A DNA stretch of 64,000 bases from Bugula neritina. Lineage: Eukaryota > Animalia > Bryozoa. Every line of letters starts with the position of its first letter. Position 1 is the first letter of the stretch. The DNA is taken from positions 2,946,662 to 3,010,661 of the forward strand of contig OZ037770.1 in the NCBI GenBank assembly GCA_964035545.1. Direction: 5' to 3'. The position numbers and the translations under genes are program-made. Below, one piece after another: positions 11,816-25,708 of this stretch. The notes below the pieces were generated by a model. That model saw nothing but the letters and a program-made list of their open reading frames with translations. It had not been told where the DNA came from and made no database searches.

Positions 11816-14544
11816 TGCGCACTGTCCGGGAGCTCCATACAGGAGGAGATAGTGGCAGATTTCTGAGCTTGGATAGATCTGAGGGTCCCACAATTACTCT
11901 CTTGGAGAGGTCTTGGGACTTAACCTAATTAAGATCAAGAACTCAAACATGAAATCTTTTCTAAGAAAGTAACAAATACATGAAATAGAGAATTCTTGAA
12001 ATTGAACAAGGTGGATACTCTGCTTAGATACTTGCTTAAACTTAGTGATTAGTTATCATCATTACGCAATAATTATATGCATATTTGTCGTGACACAATA
12101 ACTATAATTGTCATTATGCCTAATGGTATTCATAATACTTAATAGTAATCATCAACATTATCATAATGATAATCATAACGTGAATGTAAAACTGAACTCT
12201 ACACTCAACACTCACAGGTACTTGTTTATGTTAAGACTTTCACTGGTACACTAACAGTAATACTAATACTGCATCACAGAAACACTAACTTACTGACTAA
12301 CAGTAACGGTAACACTACATCCTAGCAACAGTAACTGAGTAAGTCACTAATCACTAATGACTAACTCTAAGTTTAACACTAACACTGTTAGTGTTACACT
12401 TAGTGATTAACTTCAACATACAATCAGTATTACGTCAAATTTAATGCTTATAGCATACGTATTACTATTAGGTATACTACGATCTATAGTATTAGCAATG
12501 ATTATAAGTTATGGTAATGCCCAACTCAAATATCAATATGAATATCGATATTCATTTGAAACATAATGTGAAGGAAACTAGAACAAATGTTGAAAACGGA
12601 ATCAATAGTTTTACCCAATACCGTGAAGTTACCAATGGAACAGCAACCAATTGCAGCGTTACAGTTTTTTCCAAGAAGGCATAACTCGTTTTGTATCCTA
12701 CCATGTGACTGTTTTGTCATAGCCTTGCGACCACTTAATGTGATAAAATTGCCTAATCATTACATTTTGCTAATCGAGACTAATCACCATCCAACTCGCT
12801 AGCCTTGGAAACCTGGCTTTTATTTTTCAATGAATGAAAATGAAAGCCGTTGTCGAAGAGTTAGACTTGTTGAACTAATGTTGAACTTAATGTATTCACA
12901 AAGGAAAAGTTCTTGACAAATGATAGTGTAATATGGAAGATTGTACTTAGTAAATTAGCGTAATAAGTAGGCAATATGTATTTTTGCACTTTTATTTAGT
13001 TAACTTTAGACTAAAGTTTAGTATTTTTTGCACCCAATTCAATGCAATGCAATTGTGAACTGAGTTATAAATATAATTTTATTTTATTTTAAAACTAGAA
13101 GTTTATTCTTAATCTAAATTAAAATATAAATCTATAATCATAGAGATATTTGATAATCATAATGATATTTGATAATCATAATGGTTAATAAAATACTGGT
13201 TTTATTGATTTTGATTATCATTATACTTATAATACTAATACTATTAGTAATAGTAATGATTTATCAGTATCTAGGATGACACCAATGAATAATCATAATG
13301 ATAGTTCATAGTTGTATTTATACTAATGATTATAATATATTTGAAATTAGTATGACTATTACTCACTATAAGTTATTGTGTAAGTAATAATAATAGTAGT
13401 AACACTCGTACTCAATCTCATAGTCGTACTGGTAGCCTACCGCCATACTGACAATGATACTCATACTTATACTATTATTATTACTAAGTCTGGTACTATA
13501 GGACTCCGGTTATTTTGTACACAAGTGGTTTCGTAAACAACAATGTAAATTAACTAAAATACATAATATTTTTGATATGTTTTAAATATTTACTTATTAT
13601 TTAGGTTTAGGGTTGATTCATTATTCATTTTGTCTACAGAAATTTGTGTACAAAATGCCAGGAACCAATGCTATAATACTAATACTGATAGTGATATTAT
13701 TACAATTAGTAAGACTAATACTAATAGCAATGCTATAACTACAGCTAATTAGTAATACACATGTATGCTAATACTAATGGTAATAGGAGTACATTTAGTT
13801 TTATTATACTTATATCCAAAACTAATAGTAGTACTAATAGTAATGCTAATAGTCATAGTGGCGCTTATAACTTAAACTATAACTATAAGTAACAAAAGTT
13901 GTAATTGTTAGTCACAGTGAGTATGGCTGTCCTATGACTTCTATTTTATAATTATATAATATAGACTGTAGAGTTAGGGTTTAAATTTTACTTACACCCA
14001 GGTTTACTAATTAATTTAATTAAAACTAGCTCTATTAGTACTACTATGCATGCATGATAATAATTGTGCTAATAGTCGTAACATCAACTAGTCTTCTGCA
14101 ATAATAATAAATGTTAGTTAATTGACTAGAAGTAAAATAATAATATCAGTTAACTCACTAGAAGTATAGTAATAACTTTAGCTCACGGTTATAACTTCTA
14201 ATTCACAGTATTATCAAATATGTTTTATGATTATTATTTTAAATTATCAAATGTAAAGATAAATTTAAAATTATTGTTACAAACACTCCCAGTCTCATGT
14301 AATAAGAAGCATTGTTCTAAAATTAGACCTTAACTTTTTTATAGCAGCTATGCACTTGATAGTATTGTAGTGCAATAAATCTAACCTCTAAAGACATGTA
14401 AATTGTCAATCATTTTTCATGATCGTTCTAATTTGTATAGTAAATTTATTATTTTTAATAGTATTATTTGTTACAAATTCAATTTGTAGCTACTACTTTA
14501 CTATAAAAAAACTCACGGAAGTTTATAGGTTTTTTGTTAAATAG

Positions 14545-14687
14545 GGCTAAGGAATTATTCAGATGGGGCACAGGAGCAATTATGACTGGCTACTTTTTCT
14601 AACATCATCAATTGTCGTTGTCGGGGTTCAAACCCATGACTTTTTGTTTACTGAGAAAACAGTTTAACCCCTAGACCTCCTAGCTAC
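14545..14687 (-). mobile_element. Possible tRNA-derived SINE remnant
   Basis: Minus strand reads GGTCTAGGGGTTAA (A-box-like) ... GGGTTTGAACCCCG (B-box-like; GGGTTCAAACCC in unit 2). No intact cloverleaf. Confidence 0.45.
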
Positions 14688-15559
14688 TACTTTACTATGA
14701 CATATGATATCTCAATCAAATGATGCGCAAACTCTAGTAACAATATTTGAATTACAATAACTAGCATAATGTGGCATTTAGCATATTTATGTGTTTATTA
14801 AATAAATCATTAGGAAATTCTCAGACATGTGGTGGTATTAAATTACTTTTCCCTGGTGGATGGGTAGTTGAAATTTGATTATAGACCAACAGAATACTTA
14901 AGTCAACTAATAATGTTCCATGCTATGCAGTCAAGTGGTTTTAGAGTCGTGCTCTTTCATTTTTTGGCAAACGCCCCAATTTTTGACGACGGACATGTTT
15001 ATCTGTTTTGAAATTTTATTCATTTTTTTACTTTTTATGTGAAATTTGATTTTTACAGTTTTAAATAACTATTTGTTGAGCTTGAAGGATATTATTTCAT
15101 AGGAATAATGAGTTTTCTGAATCAAAAATTAGTAGTTAAGTTCAACATTTACATAAGTCTAGCATTCTGACTGTATTATTTATTTTATAGTAAAAGTTGA
15201 CATCAACTTGACATTGAATAGCACCACCTCAGCTAATGAGTGGAAATGATTTTCACATCAATCTATGTATTCTGTTTTTACCAGAGAGAGACTTTCTAAT
15301 GTGTCTAATTTCATGGAATAAACTCTATGGACCAACGAACACCATGCTTTAACTGAAAGTTGTGAAATAGGAAGAGTATTTTTGTATGTTTGAACTTCTA
15401 CCTTTTTGTAGCAGTTAGAATATTATATTCTGATTTTATTGTTTAGGTTTTTCTTATAGGTGACTTTGAGCTTAAACCCCCAGGGTTAATTTTTTTAAAA
15501 ATATGTTTGACCCAAACCTAACTTGTTTATTTTAATTATTTCTTGAACCAGATGCTGTG

Positions 15560-18500
15560 ATGAGTGGACGAGATATTGAGAGAAACTATGAGACTGAGAG
15601 GGAAGTTAAGACGAGACGTAAACGTGAGCAGGAAGAATGGGCTCGTCACGTAAGTTGAGTTTACTTGTCAGACACGTTCTGTTTACCAGCTTAGTTTATA
15701 GCATATATTACTAGTTATATGTTATATTATATATTACTAGTTATATGTTTATATTATATATTACTATTTATATGTTATATTATATATTACTAGTTGTATG
15801 TTATATTATATATTACTAGTTATATGTTATATTATATATTACTAGTTATATGATTATATTATATATTACTAGTTATATGTTATATTATATATTACTAGTT
15901 ATATGTTATATTATATATTACTAGTTATATGTTATATTATATATTACTAGTTATATGTTATATTATATATTACTAGTTATATGTTATATTATATATTACT
16001 AGTTATATGTTATATTATATATTACTAGTTATATGTTCTATTATATATTACTAGTTATATGTTATATTATATATTACTAGTTATATGTTATATTATATAT
16101 TACTAGTTATATGTTATATTATATATTACTATTTATATGTTCTATTATATATGTTATATATTACTAGTTATATGATTATATTGTATAAATTACTAGTTAT
16201 ATGGTTATATTATATATTACTATTTATATGTTATATTATATATGTTATATATTAATAGTTATATGATTATATTACATATTACTAGTTATATGTTATAATT
16301 ATTATATATTACTAGATATTACAGTGAGTTATAGTATGTATAGCTTGAGATCTAAAGTCAGTCACATGCTATACAGGGTACTCAGGCTATATTCTGTGAC
16401 ACTGATTCACTGTTGTAGGGTGGCTATATGAACGCTAAGGTACAGAAACTAATCAACAAGTACGACTCTGATAAATCTCGTGAAAACCACGAATCTCAGT
16501 CTAAACTGTTTGAAAACGTGGCTATCTTTGTCAATGGTTACACAGGTTAGTCGTGGAACTTTGGTATCAAAAGTAGGGGGTGTGTATTCACCTCTCGTAC
16601 TGACAAGAATAAGACTATTATCAGACATTAAATAAGGGATTCTCACATACATACATGTATACTTTATATTCGATGATGAAATCAACTTTCTGAACTCAAA
16701 CTGTTATATAATTTACATATGAAGAAAGTGACTCTGTGTGGAATGAATTTTCATTTAAAGAAATTTATGTAGACTATTCAGTATGCAGTATTTCTAGTCT
16801 TGTTTTGATTTGGATTTTTATTTTCCAATGTTGTGATATAATTTCTAAGTTTGTAGTTAGAGTTGCACCAGAGAGGTATGATAATAGAAACTGTGACTCA
16901 GTACAGAGTAACAGTGGTCTACAGTTAGTGTAGCCTTAGAACTTGTTTCTATACAGAATTGTAATTGAATATATAAACCTGTACTCTGTAATATGCTGTG
17001 ATAATTTCAACACAGTAATTGAGAGAATAACTCCTGTATTGTATCTTTTAATAACATGCTAAAATGAGAATAGATTTAAAACATTTTACTAAACTTTGAG
17101 TGGAATGGAAATTCACTGCTGATATTTTTTCTTGTTTTATCAACATTGTGATATATTTCTAGTTTACTATTTGCTATGATTTATTTGAACTGTCATTAGT
17201 AACTATTGTATTTGTAGAGCCTAGTTTTGATGTGCTGAGAAATAATATGATTGAGGGTGGGGGTAGATTTGAACACTACTACTCCGCAACACGAGTCACT
17301 CACATTGTAGCCACCAGTCTAGCTCTTAGCAAACAGAAACTCTTTGCTGATAAAAAGGTGAGAAATTGAAAAGTTGTTTCTCTTTATTCACTCATTTCCT
17401 GTTTAATCTCTCACTCTTCTTTTCTATTTAACTACTTTCACTAATAATTATTTATTCACTTTTACTCCTTCACTGAGCACTGAGATTGAGTCAGCTGTGT
17501 TTCCAGGTGGTGCTGCCATCTTGGATTACCGACAGCGTGAAGAAGAATTCCCTCCAGCCATACGAGAAATATCTGCTGTTGAAAAGAAATAAAATAACAA
17601 ACTTCTTCACCAGCCGAGAGTCAGCACCCTGGACAGGAAGTGATGTCATAGATCCTTTAGGTAAGAGTCAGCGTAATACAAAATGCTGACTGTCAATATC
17701 AGTGCTTCATGTACCTCTTTAGTCATGTGAGTTTAGTATATGTCTTTCTCTACTTCCTACTACTCAGCTCTCCTATTGGACAAGTAAAGCATATTCTCTA
17801 GATTATCTGAACAAATGAGCAGCAGAATCTCATGGTTGGGTTTTGAATGAGTAGTTTTATTCTGTGGGAAGACAATTCTCAAAACCCACAGCCTCTCTTT
17901 CATGATTCATCTCTCCATACCATGTAATTATATAATATACAGTCACGTGATCTGCACATGTAACTTGTCTCATATGTATGTCTCAATGTGCTGTAGAGAT
18001 CAATGATGTAGCAGAAGATGCTCCTCAGTCCTCCACTTCCAAAGAGCTCTACAGCTCCGCGACTGAAGATCTGTGAGTTTATTTGTAACTACTTCACTGA
18101 TTAGTGCTGTGACGGTCTTCAATTTAGGAGATGTACTATGGATATTGTCATTGCTTTCTGTAGCCCAGGTACCACTATTCAGGAAGAGCAGTCTAAGAAG
18201 GGTGGCAAATCTACGGCCCTCAACATGCTCAGTGCTGATCAACCTGGTTTTGTGGCTGAGTTTTACGGAAACTCCCGCCTACACCATCTCTCTGAATGGA
18301 GGACTCAGCTGAAGGATCTGGTAGACATATGAGAGTATTCACTCTTCCTCCTAGTACTGTGATATGTTATTCTATGTCTTGTATAATACAATCTTATCCA
18401 ATACTATTCCAGTATAAAATAGGTGTGACAGTTGACTTAGCATCAAACTATACAAAACATAGCCTCTGATTCCTTCCACAGGTCAATGAGATCAGAGCAG

Positions 18501-18689
18501 ATCCAGAACACAGGCTAACTGGAAGAGACCATCTCGTCCACAAGTACCTAGACAGTAGCAAACCTAGCGCGCCATCTCTCACACTAGAGTTATCTTCGCA
18601 TAACAAGTCTACTAGTTCTGTGTACATGCACATAGACATGGATTGCTTCTTTGTCAGCGTTGTGTTGAGGCAGCATCCAGAGTTGAAAG
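15560..18689 (+). CDS. REV1: REV1 5' portion only (BRCT, N-digit, first catalytic motif), ~317 codons; exons 15560..15649, 16419..16545, 17218..17357, 17507..17660, 17997..18072, 18164..18320, 18482..18689
   Basis: Motifs GGYMNAKVQKL, LFENVAIFVNGYTEPS, VTHIVATSL, VVLPSWITDSVK, FVAEFYGNSRLHHLSEW, YMHIDMDCFFVSV..HPELKG. All introns are GT-AG with compatible phases. No further REV1 exons were recognised. Confidence 0.9.
15704..16316. repeat. 26-bp AT-rich minisatellite (ttactagttatatgttatattatata), ~23 copies, in REV1 intron 1
   Basis: Direct inspection; only ~7 copies at 55625..55800. Confidence 0.93.
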
Positions 18690-18702
18690 GTCAGGATGAG
18701 GA

Positions 18703-21062
18703 GGTTACACATATTATAGTGTAGCTATTACATGGTTACACATATTATAGTGTAGATATTACATGGTTACACATATTATAGTGTAGATATTACATGGTTA
18801 CACATATTATAGTGTAGATATTACATGGTTACACATATTATAGTGTAGCTATTACATGGTTACACATATTATAGTGTAGATATTACATGGTTACACATAT
18901 TATAGTGTAGATATTACATGGTTACACATATTATAGTGTAGATATTACATGGTTACACATATTATAGTGTAGATATTACATGGTTACACATATTATAGTG
19001 TAGCTATTACATGGTTACACATATTATAGTGTAGATATTACATGGTTACACATATTATAGTGTAGATATTACATGGTTACACATATTATAGTGTAGCTAT
19101 TACATGGTTACACATATTATAGTGTAGGTATTACATGGTTACACATATTATAGTGTAGCTATTACATGGTTACACATATTATAGTGTAGATATTACATGG
19201 TTACACATATTATAGTGTAGATATGACATGGTTACACATAATATAGTGTAATTATTACATGGTTACACATAATATAGTGTAGATATTACATGGTAACAGA
19301 TATTATAGTGTAGCTATTACATGGTTACACATAATATAGTGTAGCTATTACATGGTTACACATAATGTAGTGTAGCTATTACATGGTAACAGATGTTATA
19401 GTGTAGCTATTACATGGTTACACATGTTGTAGTGTAGATATTACATGGTTACACATGTATAATATAGTGTAGCTATTACATGGTTACACATAATGTAGTG
19501 TAGCTATTACATGGTAACAGATATTATAGTGTAGCTATTACATGGTTACACATATCATAGTGTAGTTATTACATGGTTACACATATTATAGTATAGGTAT
19601 TACATGGTTACACATATTATAGTGTAGCTATTACATGGTTACACATGTTGTAGTGTAGATGTTACATAGTTACATATTTTATAGTGTAATTATTACATGG
19701 TTACACATGTTATAGTGTAGATATTACATGGTTACACATCTTGTAGTGTAGTTATTACAGGGTTACACATATTATAGTGTAGATATTACATGGTTACATA
19801 TTTTATAGTGTAATTATTACATGGTTACACATATTATAGTGTAGTTATTACATGGTTACATATAATATGGTGTAGATATTACATGGTTACACATATTATA
19901 GTGTAGATATTACATGGTTACACATATTATAATGTAGCTATTGCATGGTTACACATATTATAGTGTAGATATTACATGGTTACACATGTTATAGTGTAGA
20001 TATTACATGGTTACACATCCCGTAGTGTAGTTATTACATGGTTACACATATTATAGTGTAGCTATTACATGGTTACACATATTATAGTTTGGTTATTACA
20101 TGGTTACACATATTATAGTGTAGATATTACATGGTAACAGATATTACAGTGTAGCTATTACATGGTTACACATAATATAGTGTATCTATTACATGGTTAC
20201 ACATAATATAGTGTAGCTATTACATGGTAACAGATATTATAGTGTAGCTATTACATGGTTACACATATTATAGTGTAGATATTACATGGTTACACATATT
20301 ATAGTGTATATATTACATGGTTACACATATTATAGTGTAGATAATACATGGTTACACATATTATAGTGTAGTTATTACATGGTTACACATATTATAGTGT
20401 AGATATTACATGGTTACACATGTTACAGTGTAGATATTACATGGTTACACATATTATAGTGTAGTTATTACATGGTTACACATATTATAGTGTAGATATT
20501 ACATGGTTACACATGTTACAGTGTAGATATTACATGGTTACACATATTATAGTGTAGTTATTACATAGTTACACATGTTACAGTGTAGATATTACATGGT
20601 TACACATATTATAGTGTAGTTATTACATGGTTACACATATTATAGTGTAGATATTACATGGTTACACATATTATAGTGTAGTTATTACATAGTTACACAT
20701 ATTATAGTGTAGATATTACATGGTTACACATATTATAGTGTAATTATTACATAGTTACACATATTATAGTGTAGATATTACATGGTTACACATATTATAG
20801 TGTAGTTATTACATAGTTACACATATTATAGTGTAGATATTACATGGTTACACATATTATAGTGTAATTATTACATAGTTACACATATTATAGTGTAGAT
20901 ATTACATGGTTACACATATTATAGTGTAATTATTACATGGTTACACATATTATAGTGTAGATATTACATGGTTACACATGTTACAGTGTAGATATTACAT
21001 GGTTACACATATTATAGTGTAGTTATTACATGGTTACACATACTATAGTGTAGTTATTACAT
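18703..21062. repeat. 31-bp satellite (catggttacacatattatagtgtagatatta), ~76 copies
   Basis: catgg at 18731 and 18762 and onward; starts 13 nt into the intron after REV1 exon 7. Confidence 0.97.
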
Positions 21063-21235
21063 ATTTGCACTTAATAATTCCATACTTTTCAAAATCAGCC
21101 ACTACTGCTGCCACTACCACTAGTAATTTGACTGCTATATTTCCTGCTGCTACTGAAACTCTTTTGTCAATATAATGGTCTTATCATCCTGAATAAGATG
21201 TTAATATATAATAATAATCATGTTGATATTCACAG

Positions 21236-22875
21236 AAGTATTACACTGACCAACCAGAGTGGCGGAAGAATGGTTATGATAAGACTCACTGTGGCAGATT
21301 CCACCAATCAGATTCACCGAGTAAACCTTCTACAAATCCAGTAAGTTTTATTTTTATTTCACTACATACAGTAAAAGTAGTAGTTATCTCCTCCGTACTT
21401 CTGAGTGAAGGTGAAATGATTATGTCATCATTAGATTAGTTGCCTTCCCATTTGACGATTTTTGTTCACTTTCCATCTTCTTTCTTGCTACAAACTTTCG
21501 ATAGATTTAATGCTACTTGAAATCTCAGCATCTCCTCTACACGTTCTCACCTATTCTCACCTATCCCCACTTTGTCCTGTTCGGGTCTCGGGTGGCTCAT
21601 TTAAGCTTCTTCACGTAACCTTGTCCTGAGCGTCCTCTTTGTTGTGGGAGCAGGATTGGAGGTCTTTTCTCATAGTATCTGTGCTTTGGTCTTTCAACTC
21701 GTTACTTTCACCTCTTTCCGTTGGTCTTGTGCTCTTCCAGAGTAACTCCTAAGCAGTAGCTTAGCATTCTCAGTTCACATAAGCTCACTCTCTCCGCAAG
21801 GTAATCACTCTCTCACCATGTTTCTGCCCGTATAGTAGCACCAGTCTTATTACTCTCTTGTAAATGCGGATCTTGGGTCTCTTTGGAATTTTCTGGTCAC
21901 ACAAGATCCCCGTCTGCTGCCTCCATTCCCAGGCTCTGCCAATACGCACCTCTGTCCTGCATCATCCCTCCTGGTGTAGTGCCCAGGTACTTAAATGTGA
22001 CTTTTTGAGACAAAGTGACATGGTCAGAGCTATCGTATTCCTTCAATTTGATGTCATCACTGCTTTCTTTTGGTGGTAGGTACTCTGTTTCAGACCTGCT
22101 GACTCTTAGGCCAACATCCTCAAATCACCTTCTCCAGTCTTCCAATCTTTCTTCTCTGTTGTCTCTACTCTCATCACATAGTACCAGATCATCTGCAAAC
22201 AGCATGCTCCATGGTATGTCTCCGTCATTGTCATCCGAGATAACATCCATTAAAATTATAAAAAGTAATTAGCTTAGGGCTGAGCATCTCCTCTTCACAT
22301 GACTTTATTCACCATTTATCAATAGTATTCAGTCAGTTCAATGATTTGTTTTCATCAGTTACCTAGCAACCACGTTCTCTACTCTCTCACCTATAATCTA
22401 AGGGTATGAAGTGTCAATCTATCTACAGAGAGCAGTGTTCTAGTATTTCTACTCACTCCACTCTGACTCATCCACATTAAATCCTTACACTAAATTAAGT
22501 CTTGCGTAGTTTTATTCTAATCCCGCAGTGAATAAAGTTAGTCATGTGACCAGTTGGAGAAGTTCAAGGTCAGGGAAGTAGAATAATGCTACTTTCACTT
22601 TGTGTTTACAGTTGACAGATGCTGCTGTGGAGGGAATGTGTATATCTGTAGACCCAGGAACCTACTCTATAACTGCTGGAGAGTGGGGTGGTGTTCACAC
22701 CCAGACTCATATTGTCAAACTTTCTGGTGGACAATCGGCTAATCTTGATTTTTTTCCAAGATTTCTTTTCAATGCATTTATTTTTAGTAGATTTATTTAT
22801 CAGCCTCAATTCTTTCAAAATGATTTTAGTTCCTGTTTTTATCATATCACTCCGTATTTGATATATCAGTCATAG
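21236..22875 (+). pseudogene. AKIP1: 3' two exons of an AKIP1-like gene (21236..21340, 22612..22875); 5' exons absent and native stop lost
   Basis: KYYTDQPEW..KTHCGRFH and ISVDPGTYSITAG..QTHIVKLSGGQSANLDF resemble, from memory, vertebrate AKIP1 (KYYS..THVYRYH; IEVYPGTYSVTVG..THVVAVDSGQSVDLVF). Phase-0 GT-AG junctions. Confidence 0.65.
21780..22285 (-). mobile_element. Degenerate RTE-like LINE RT fragment in the AKIP1-like intron
   Basis: LLFIILMDVI..PWSMLFADDLVLC..RLEDWR..GLRVSRSETEY..FKYLG..KIRIYKRVIR.VLLYG. Confidence 0.8.
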
Positions 22876-23498
22876 TGGATGAAATGTTTTATATATAGTT
22901 TATTGTATTGTCTCAGAGATGTTAAATATATAATAAGAATTTCCCTGATTATTCATGTGATATCATACAGTACCAACAGTTCTTCAGATAGCATCCTCTT
23001 AATATAACAGTCACCATGTAAACCTAGAATTACCTGCTTAGACAAAGTAAATACATGCTATAGGGTGGGACAACTCTTAGAAGGCAACCAATATTCATAT
23101 TCCATATTTTGAGGTTACATAACTCACCTAATTGTGATTCTAGATATGACTGCATAATATAATGTCATAATAATAATATGTACAATACTAAAGCGGACTC
23201 CAGGCACCATGCATAGAAATCTAAAACCTGGAGGTGAATATTATTCTTACTCTTTTCTTTACCTAGTGATAAGGGGAAGAAAACTCCAAACTACCAGTTG
23301 CCTATACAGTATTATAGTTAGCACAAAACTTGCTTAGCCAATAGCTGGTAGTTGTCTTTTCGTGATTGAAAGTCTAACGATTTAGTTGTAATATCACAGA
23401 GTGAAGTTTCTCTTCTAATTTCCATATTCAATGTAGCTACAGTGTCTAGAATATTCAACTATAAAGTATGTAATCGTAACAGTTTTAGTATGTGCACA

Positions 23499-23678
23499 TC
23501 TCTCAGTGACAGCTATGATCAGTTGATATGAACCTAGTAGACTGGGTGGTTTTGATTATAAACACTGATATACATGTAATCATTGCCAGCAGGATATTTG
23601 GAATAAAGTGTAATATTAATCATCCACTTGCCAAGTAACTAACCTCATCTCTAACAATTGACATTATTGGCCTTTTTC
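23499..23678 (+). repeat. ~180-bp dispersed direct repeat, second copy at 26605..26784
   Basis: tctctcagtgacagctatgatcagttgatat...ttggcctttttc occurs at both sites. Confidence 0.85.
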
Positions 23679-23769
23679 CAACATCATAGAGTAGAGAATA
23701 TCATGGATATTAGAAGCTGGTAGAGAATAGCTTTGAAGTGTCAGTGTCAACAGCACTGTCACATTATAG

Positions 23770-24044
23770 ATACAGCCTCCCAACAGGACACACCTGCTAG
23801 CACCTGCCACAAAGCTAATCACTACCTCAGCTGACACGCCTAAACCATTCTCCAACAGCTAAAAGTAAGTTTTTTTCAAATTTGTAAATACAGTTTTTAG
23901 CACCTAATTTTTGAAATTTCACATATTATTATGCATGATTGTTAAAAAAAGCCTTTTGACTCTCAAGCTTGTTGTTAAGCATTTTTCAATTCTGCTAGGA
24001 AAATAAAGAAAATAAAGACACACCTGCTAGCACCTGCCACAAAA
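23770..24044 (+). other. Outlying CACCTG exon-like modules (23770..23864 and partial 24018..24044); another starts at 26216
   Basis: cacctgctagcacctgccacaaa core followed by aaa|gtaagt. Confidence 0.55.
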
Positions 24045-24851
24045 GTAAGTTCTTCTTATTTCAAGTAAAGTTTCCAACACCTAATTTATGAAATGTCACA
24101 TATTATTAATAATTTTCAGAAAACAGCTTTTCGACTCTCAGGCTTGTTGTTAGACTTTTTTCTCATCTGGTTAGCTTTTTATGACTCGACCAGTGTATAG
24201 TGCAGAGATGCGGGAAAATAAAAGTTAATTTGGCTGTACTCATTTGGTTAGATCATTTATTGTTGGTGATTATATTTACATACAGAAGTATCAATATATT
24301 TGTGCAAATCTTGTCACATATATACAGTTAGTTAGGAGCAGTAGTGAAGTTGAAATAGCCTAAGTTCTTAATTATACTATTAAACTTTGGTTTGTGGTGA
24401 GAGTTGATGTTCTTGGGAGAACATAAGTTCTTATGCCACATTTTTACTATAGAACACAGGCTTTTCTCAATTTCTCTGTCTCTCCATCTACCTCAGTCTA
24501 TAGTACCTCAGTGTCTCCTCACTACAGCTATTATACTATATTCCCCCCAACATGAATCAAACCTTGTGTAATCAGAGGCTAATGTCTATATTGTTTCCTT
24601 TGAAGGTACAGAATTAGAATTGAAAAAGGTGGACTCTTCACCTGCTAAGAAATTACCTTGACACTGCAGGTTTGTAGGTAATTATATATATACTCTATAC
24701 ATGACTCAGTCTGAGACAGATACCAAGGTCTTACCTCACTCTCTTTAGCCAGGGTTCAACACTGAACTGAATATTTTGAGCTCAGTAGTGTTCAACTATT
24801 TTCATCCCAGGTAGACATTTCCCACCTGGATCCTTCCCGCTTATGTACACT

Positions 24852-25284
24852 TCCCATGCAGTTAGACGCTATTTATTAAATTGGTACCATAATGATGTGT
24901 ACTCCTATATAACTGTGGATTGCTATAAATAGCTAATATTCTAATATGGTTATAATAGCTAATATAAAGTATATGGAATAATAGTCTACTTTTCAGTTTT
25001 CAAGGATTTGTTTGGGGCAAAAAACAATAGACGCTATTTTTAATGAACACTTTTTACCGAAATATTTCCTCAAACAACAAAAAGTAAAGAATATGCAAAA
25101 TTAATAAGTTAATGCAGATCACGGGAATTTATTTATGTGCTAGATAACAAACAATTGATCCAAGTTTATTTAAATATATACATATGTTGCCATATTACCA
25201 CTCAAATAAATTGCACATAAAATATATATTAAATACCCAAATAAATAAATAGAGTCTAACTGGGAAGCGTCTATCTGCATGGGA
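24852..25284. mobile_element. Possible non-autonomous DNA transposon with 19-bp inverted termini
   Basis: tcccatgcagttagacgct at 24852 versus agcgtctatctgcatggga ending at 25284 (1 mismatch); no clear TSD. Confidence 0.4.
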
Positions 25285-25319
25285 TGACACTGTTTAACAA
25301 GTAGTAATAACGGTAATTT

Positions 25320-25708
25320 TAGCAGTAGCAGCAGTAGTATAGTATAATATAGTAGCAGTAGTATAATATAGTAGCAGTAGTATAATATAGTAGCAGTAGT
25401 ATAATATAGTATTAGTAGTATAGTATAGTAGTAGTATAATATAGTAGTAGTATAATATAGTAGTAGTAGTAGTAGTAGTATAATATAGTAGTAGTAGTAG
25501 TATAATATAGTAGTAGTAGTAGTAGTATAATATAGTAGCAGTAGTATATAGTAGTAGTAGTATATAATATAGTAGTAGTAGTAGTATAATAATATAGTAG
25601 CAGTAGTAGTATAATATAGTAGTAGTAGTATAATATAGTAGCAGTAGTATATAGTAGTAGTAGTATAATATAGTAGTAGTAGTATAATATAGTAGCAGGA
25701 ATAGTAGC
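25320..25708. repeat. Compound (TAG)n/tataata microsatellite
   Basis: Direct inspection. Confidence 0.95.

Larger units (their letters stand above)
1..22870. repeat. Segmental duplication unit 1, colinear with 34789..~61960 (tandem period ~34.8 kb)
   Basis: tcagttgacatagacc at 1 recurs at 34789. The same gene order (NTase-TPR, oxygenase, LINE, REV1 5' part, satellite, AKIP1-like exons) occurs in both halves. Confidence 0.95.

Noticed and set aside
14600-14690. Functional tRNA gene
   Set aside because: Only A/B-box-like remnants; no acceptor or anticodon stems.
18703-21062. 31-bp repeat as a CRISPR array
   Set aside because: Units are head-to-tail with no unique spacers.
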